52,144 nt of DNA, taken from IMG/VR virus record IMGVR_UViG_3300033146_001792, positions 1-52,144 of that record; one strand, 5' to 3'. Below the pieces are notes generated by a model. It was not told where the DNA came from and searched no databases. It saw nothing but the letters and a program-made list of their open reading frames with translations. Below, piece by piece: positions 49,391 through 52,144 of this stretch. A program made the position numbers and the translations under genes. Position 1 is the stretch's first letter. The number at the start of each line of letters is the position of its first letter. The DNA comes from a virus (lineage: Duplodnaviria > Caudoviricetes).

Positions 49391-49556
49391 TGGCACAAAA
49401 AAAGGGCCGATCAAATGACCGCCCCTTGTGTTTATCTTTTCTTGTATAAGACCCTCGCCCTTTTTTTGGCTTCATGGCCCCGCCTTTTTTGGGAGTCGGT
49501 ATTCTCCCATACAATTGAGCAAAAGTCATTTTGCTCGTAATTTTTTTTATTTTCAT
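49386..49556 (-). CDS. ArfA-like alternative ribosome-rescue factor (56 aa; not in ORF track)
   Basis: GAGGTG RBS; own translation MKIKKITSKMTFAQLYGRIPTPKKGGAMKPKKGRGSYTRKDKHKGRSFDRPFFCAI contains KKGxGSYxRKxKH; terminator inside the ORF. Confidence 0.72.
   Translation of the reverse strand: MKIKKITSKMTFAQLYGRIPTPKKGGAMKPKKGRGSYTRKDKHKGRSFDRPFFCAI
49397..49427 (-). terminator. Intrinsic terminator inside the ArfA-like ORF
   Basis: AAGGGGCGGTCA-TT-TGATCGGCCC-TTTTTTT; U-tract ends 8 nt before the stop codon. Confidence 0.78.
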
Positions 49557-49571
49557 AAACACCTCTTAATT

Positions 49572-49645
49572 TGGCAGAGACGGCAGGAATCGAACCCGCA
49601 TCAAGAGGGTTGGAATCTCCTATGCTACCATTACACCACGCCCCT
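49572..49645 (-). tRNA. tRNA-Trp (CCA)
   Basis: AGGGGCG acceptor, TGGTGTAATGGTAGCA D-arm, anticodon loop TTCCAAC, GGTTCGATTCC T-arm, G73 and encoded CCA. Confidence 0.92.
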
Positions 49646-49649
49646 GTAT

Positions 49650-50270
49650 TTATTGAGTACAAACATCAAGTAATAATTCTATATTTGATCCAATCAAATT
49701 ATGTAAATACGCATCACTAACATTTGAAGAATAATCATTATAATCATCTATAAGAGCATGTGACAATTGTTTTGTAACACAATTAATAACGTTATTCATA
49801 TCAGATTCTATACTCATTTTCCACATATAATCATCATAATTATCTAATGAAATACTTGATAAATATTGTATAGCAAAATTATAAGACCAATCTCTTGATC
49901 TTACTTCAATTTTATATCTTTCATTTTCTAATTTTCTATCAAGATTTTGTTGTGTTGTTCTATTTATAGGTAAGGCAGGTGCATAACCACTAGAACTATT
50001 ACCAGATGGATTACCTTGATTTTTATTAGTCCATGCCCATAAAGGATATTTATGAGTAGTTTTAAATGTTGCGTATTCTTTACAAGTCATTGTTCTATAT
50101 TCACCTGTAACAGCTCTTAAACGCATTCCACCTTGACCACTATTACACTTATTATAATATCCTTGATAATTATAATTATTATCAGCAAAAGAATTATTTG
50201 GAATACTTATAATTACAAAAGAAAATATTAAAATTCCTATCAATATCAATATTTTATTCATAATTAACAA
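49650..50270 (-). CDS. Hypothetical secreted/membrane-anchored protein
   Basis: Hydrophobic N-terminal signal (NKILILIGILIFSFVII...SFA). Confidence 0.65.
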   Translation of the reverse strand: MLIMNKILILIGILIFSFVIISIPNNSFADNNYNYQGYYNKCNSGQGGMRLRAVTGEYRTMTCKEYATFKTTHKYPLWAWTNKNQGNPSGNSSSGYAPALPINRTTQQNLDRKLENERYKIEVRSRDWSYNFAIQYLSSISLDNYDDYMWKMSIESDMNNVINCVTKQLSHALIDDYNDYSSNVSDAYLHNLIGSNIELLLDVCTQ

Positions 50271-50485
50271 CCTTCAATTGTTGCTTTAACTTTTTTAGGA
50301 AGTTTAACCTTCACTTTTTGCCCAATTTCTATACCATCAATAACATCACATTCAAGAATAACCTGATTATGTGTCCCATCAGGTAAAATAGCACCATCAA
50401 CTCCAACCACTGTACATTTTAATGTAGAACCTGACGCTACAGAACCGATCAATAAAGCCATACAAACAACTATTGTTTTAAACAT
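50264..50485 (-). CDS. Small secreted protein
   Basis: AGGAG RBS; signal peptide; ends IEGC. Confidence 0.68.
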   Translation of the reverse strand: MFKTIVVCMALLIGSVASGSTLKCTVVGVDGAILPDGTHNQVILECDVIDGIEIGQKVKVKLPKKVKATIEGC

Positions 50486-50506
50486 AATTTCTCCTTTGTT
50501 AAATTG

Positions 50507-50578
50507 CAGAGGTGGTAGGAATCGAACCTACTCGTGCATGGGTCAAAGCCATGTGCTCTCCCACTGAGCTACACCCCT
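50507..50578 (-). tRNA. tRNA-Gln (TTG), CCA not encoded
   Basis: AGGGGTG/CACCTCT acceptor, TAGCTCAGTGGGAGAGC D-arm, CATGG-CTTTGAC-CCATG anticodon arm, GGTTCGATTCC; followed by G-CAA. Confidence 0.9.
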
Positions 50579-50747
50579 ATTTATTCCATTTACGGGCATT
50601 GCCAGCAAATGTAGCTTTTTTTACAATCTTTTTATCTTTTGACTTCTTACCTTTTTCAATACAATCAGTAGTAACAGAATCAAATCCTTGTTTCTTACAC
50701 CAATTTGTAAAAGTATTTATCTTTGATTTCTTTATTTCAATAGCCAT
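50577..50747 (-). CDS. Small basic hypothetical protein
   Basis: FTxWCK...KKAxFAxNARKW; likely start MAIEIK at 50747. Confidence 0.55.
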   Translation of the reverse strand: MAIEIKKSKINTFTNWCKKQGFDSVTTDCIEKGKKSKDKKIVKKATFAGNARKWNK

Positions 50748-50774
50748 TCTACTACTATATAATGCTTTTGTCAA
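50746..50774 (-). promoter_or_regulatory. Sigma70-like promoter upstream of the tRNA/ArfA-like unit
   Basis: TTGACA-17 nt-TAGAAT on the minus strand. Confidence 0.55.
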
Positions 50775-50781
50775 GCACTTT

Positions 50782-50952
50782 TTATCCTTTTAAAGATTTT
50801 TTTAATGCTGAAACAACTACAGCATAAAATTTTGGATCAGATTCAGGAATTGACTTTGATACACCCGCCTTTATCTTTTTCCATTTTGATTCAACTTCTC
50901 CAACACTTTTACCTGAACTCTTTGCTAATGATTTTACTAAACCTGCTGGCAT
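50782..50952 (-). CDS. Small basic hypothetical protein (56 aa; not in ORF track)
   Basis: Own translation MPAGLVKSLAKSSGKSVGEVESKWKKIKAGVSKSIPESDPKFYAVVVSALKKSLKG; AAGGA RBS; fills the operon gap. Confidence 0.7.
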   Translation of the reverse strand: MPAGLVKSLAKSSGKSVGEVESKWKKIKAGVSKSIPESDPKFYAVVVSALKKSLKG

Positions 50953-50956
50953 ATTA

Positions 50957-51181
50957 TTATCCTTCTAAAGCAGTTTTATTTATTTCACCAAAACCACCAC
51001 CCTTAGTTCTATCTGTTCTTCGACAAAACACATAAATTTCTGTTCCATTTTTGGTACTTGTTCTAATACCATTACTCAATCCATTCATTTTTAAATAATT
51101 ATGAGCATTATCTGGATCATCTGTTACAGGAGTATCTGAATACTCCCAATTACTTGTTTGTGGAATTAACATCCATGCCAT
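50957..51181 (-). CDS. Hypothetical protein
   Basis: GAGG RBS; 74 aa. Confidence 0.62.
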   Translation of the reverse strand: MAWMLIPQTSNWEYSDTPVTDDPDNAHNYLKMNGLSNGIRTSTKNGTEIYVFCRRTDRTKGGGFGEINKTALEG

Positions 51182-51416
51182 GTATTTTTTCCTCTATATA
51201 AATTTTAAATCCTGTTACTTCACCACAACAAAATTCTTCAAGCCTTTTAACTCGACTATCAACTTCTTGTAATTGTTCAATAGCTCTTACTCCTGTAGTT
51301 CTACTATTTTCTTCAAGAACAACTACTCTATCAACAACAGAATATAATTGATATCCCCCTACTAACATTGATAATAAAAGAGGGACTAACCAAGGAAGAG
51401 CATCTTTTATATGCAT
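51150..51416 (-). CDS. Single-TM membrane protein with coiled-coil tail
   Basis: GAGG RBS; LPWLVPLLLSMLVGGY hydrophobic segment. Confidence 0.65.
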   Translation of the reverse strand: MHIKDALPWLVPLLLSMLVGGYQLYSVVDRVVVLEENSRTTGVRAIEQLQEVDSRVKRLEEFCCGEVTGFKIYIEEKIHGMDVNSTNK

Positions 51417-51440
51417 CTTTTACCTCATTTATGAAATATA

Positions 51441-52079
51441 TTATGGCTGTGTCGTTGAAGTATGATTATCTGTAACACTATAGTTATCTATAGCACTATG
51501 ATCATCAGACGCAGAAGGAACTGAACTTACGCTTGATGCTTCACCTAATGTATTATTAGATGTAAGTGTTCCGCCTGAACTTGCGTTATTAGAACCAATA
51601 GCATTATCATTACCACTAACATTTGTGGTACTTGTTGATCCACCAGCATTTGCTAAATCACTAGAAACTTCTGTCATACCCCAAACACCCAATCCAAACT
51701 TACCAAGATCAATCACATTACCTGATACTGCTTCAACAGCATGGTTCTTGTATTTAACTTCAGCAATTTGAACATCAAAAGCATTTGTACCTGTAGAACA
51801 TGGATCAGCACTGTTACCCGTAGCAATTGCCATCAATTGCTTATTATTTTCTTGCATTTGTGTCAAAACAAATACTAAAGCAATTTGATCTTTCGGTACA
51901 GCAGAAAGCATAGTAGTCAATCTTTGATCACGAGATTCAAGTCTTTGATAACAAGATGATTTCGCATTTTCCTGTCTTACTTGTAAGTCATATTGAGCCT
52001 GTGTTAATGGAGTAGCTGAACAACCAACCATAACCAAACCAACTACACCCGCCACAATAGCTAATAAAATTTTCTTCAT
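51441..52079 (-). CDS. Putative lipoprotein
   Basis: MKK + hydrophobic core + MVGC lipobox; GAGG RBS; Ser/Thr/Asn-rich tail. Confidence 0.78.
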   Translation of the reverse strand: MKKILLAIVAGVVGLVMVGCSATPLTQAQYDLQVRQENAKSSCYQRLESRDQRLTTMLSAVPKDQIALVFVLTQMQENNKQLMAIATGNSADPCSTGTNAFDVQIAEVKYKNHAVEAVSGNVIDLGKFGLGVWGMTEVSSDLANAGGSTSTTNVSGNDNAIGSNNASSGGTLTSNNTLGEASSVSSVPSASDDHSAIDNYSVTDNHTSTTQP

Positions 52080-52114
52080 TTTTAACCTCTTCGTTAAAGT
52101 TATACCTCTATGAT

Positions 52115-52122
52115 TATTTATA
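52115..52122 (-). promoter_or_regulatory. T4-type late promoter TATAAATA
   Basis: Exact motif upstream of the lipoprotein gene. Confidence 0.7.
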
Positions 52123-52144
52123 CATTCATTTTTTCCTTGACAAA

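Noticed and set aside
49428-49673. Track ORFs 49432-49662 (-) and 49428-49673 (+)
   Set aside because: Both overlap tRNA-Trp; the RBS-supported ORF is 49386-49556 in another frame
50512-51035. Track ORFs 50512-50793 (+) and 50805-51035 (+)
   Set aside because: Antisense shadows of tRNA-Gln and of minus-strand small genes
1-52144. Stop-codon reassignment
   Set aside because: Core genes are intact in code 11; TAA, TGA and TAG all occur as plausible stops; the tRNAs have sense anticodons

Overview
This AT-rich 52 kb window is from a T4-like (T4-superfamily) myovirus. It holds most of the virion morphogenesis region: neck gp13/gp14, baseplate gp6/7/8/25/5/53/48/54/26/51, a VrlC/DUF4815-like protein, head completion gp4, gp2 and a tape-measure-like gene. 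It also holds the gp32-gp59-gp33 module, a SleB-type hydrolase, a second fibre/decoration gene cluster and two tRNA genes (Trp-CCA, Gln-TTG). T4-type late promoters (TATAAATA) and intrinsic terminators punctuate the region. Four observations stand out. (1) A 56-codon ORF missing from the supplied track (49386-49556, minus strand), just downstream of tRNA-Trp, carries the ArfA-type KKGxGSYxRKxKH motif and has an intrinsic terminator inside the coding sequence before its stop codon. This is the non-stop-mRNA architecture of the bacterial ribosome-rescue genes arfA/brfA. (2) Three tandem fibre-like paralogues carry 35 RCC1/BLIP-II repeats (five 7-bladed propellers) plus a Kelch propeller, with identical DNA tracts shared between genes. 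(3) A T-TTT-TTT slippery site could fuse gp26 to gp51 by a -1 frameshift just upstream of the tape-measure gene. (4) The gp5 spike lacks a lysozyme domain and ends in a Cys-rich extension. All product calls come from recognising motifs and synteny by eye; no database searches were run.
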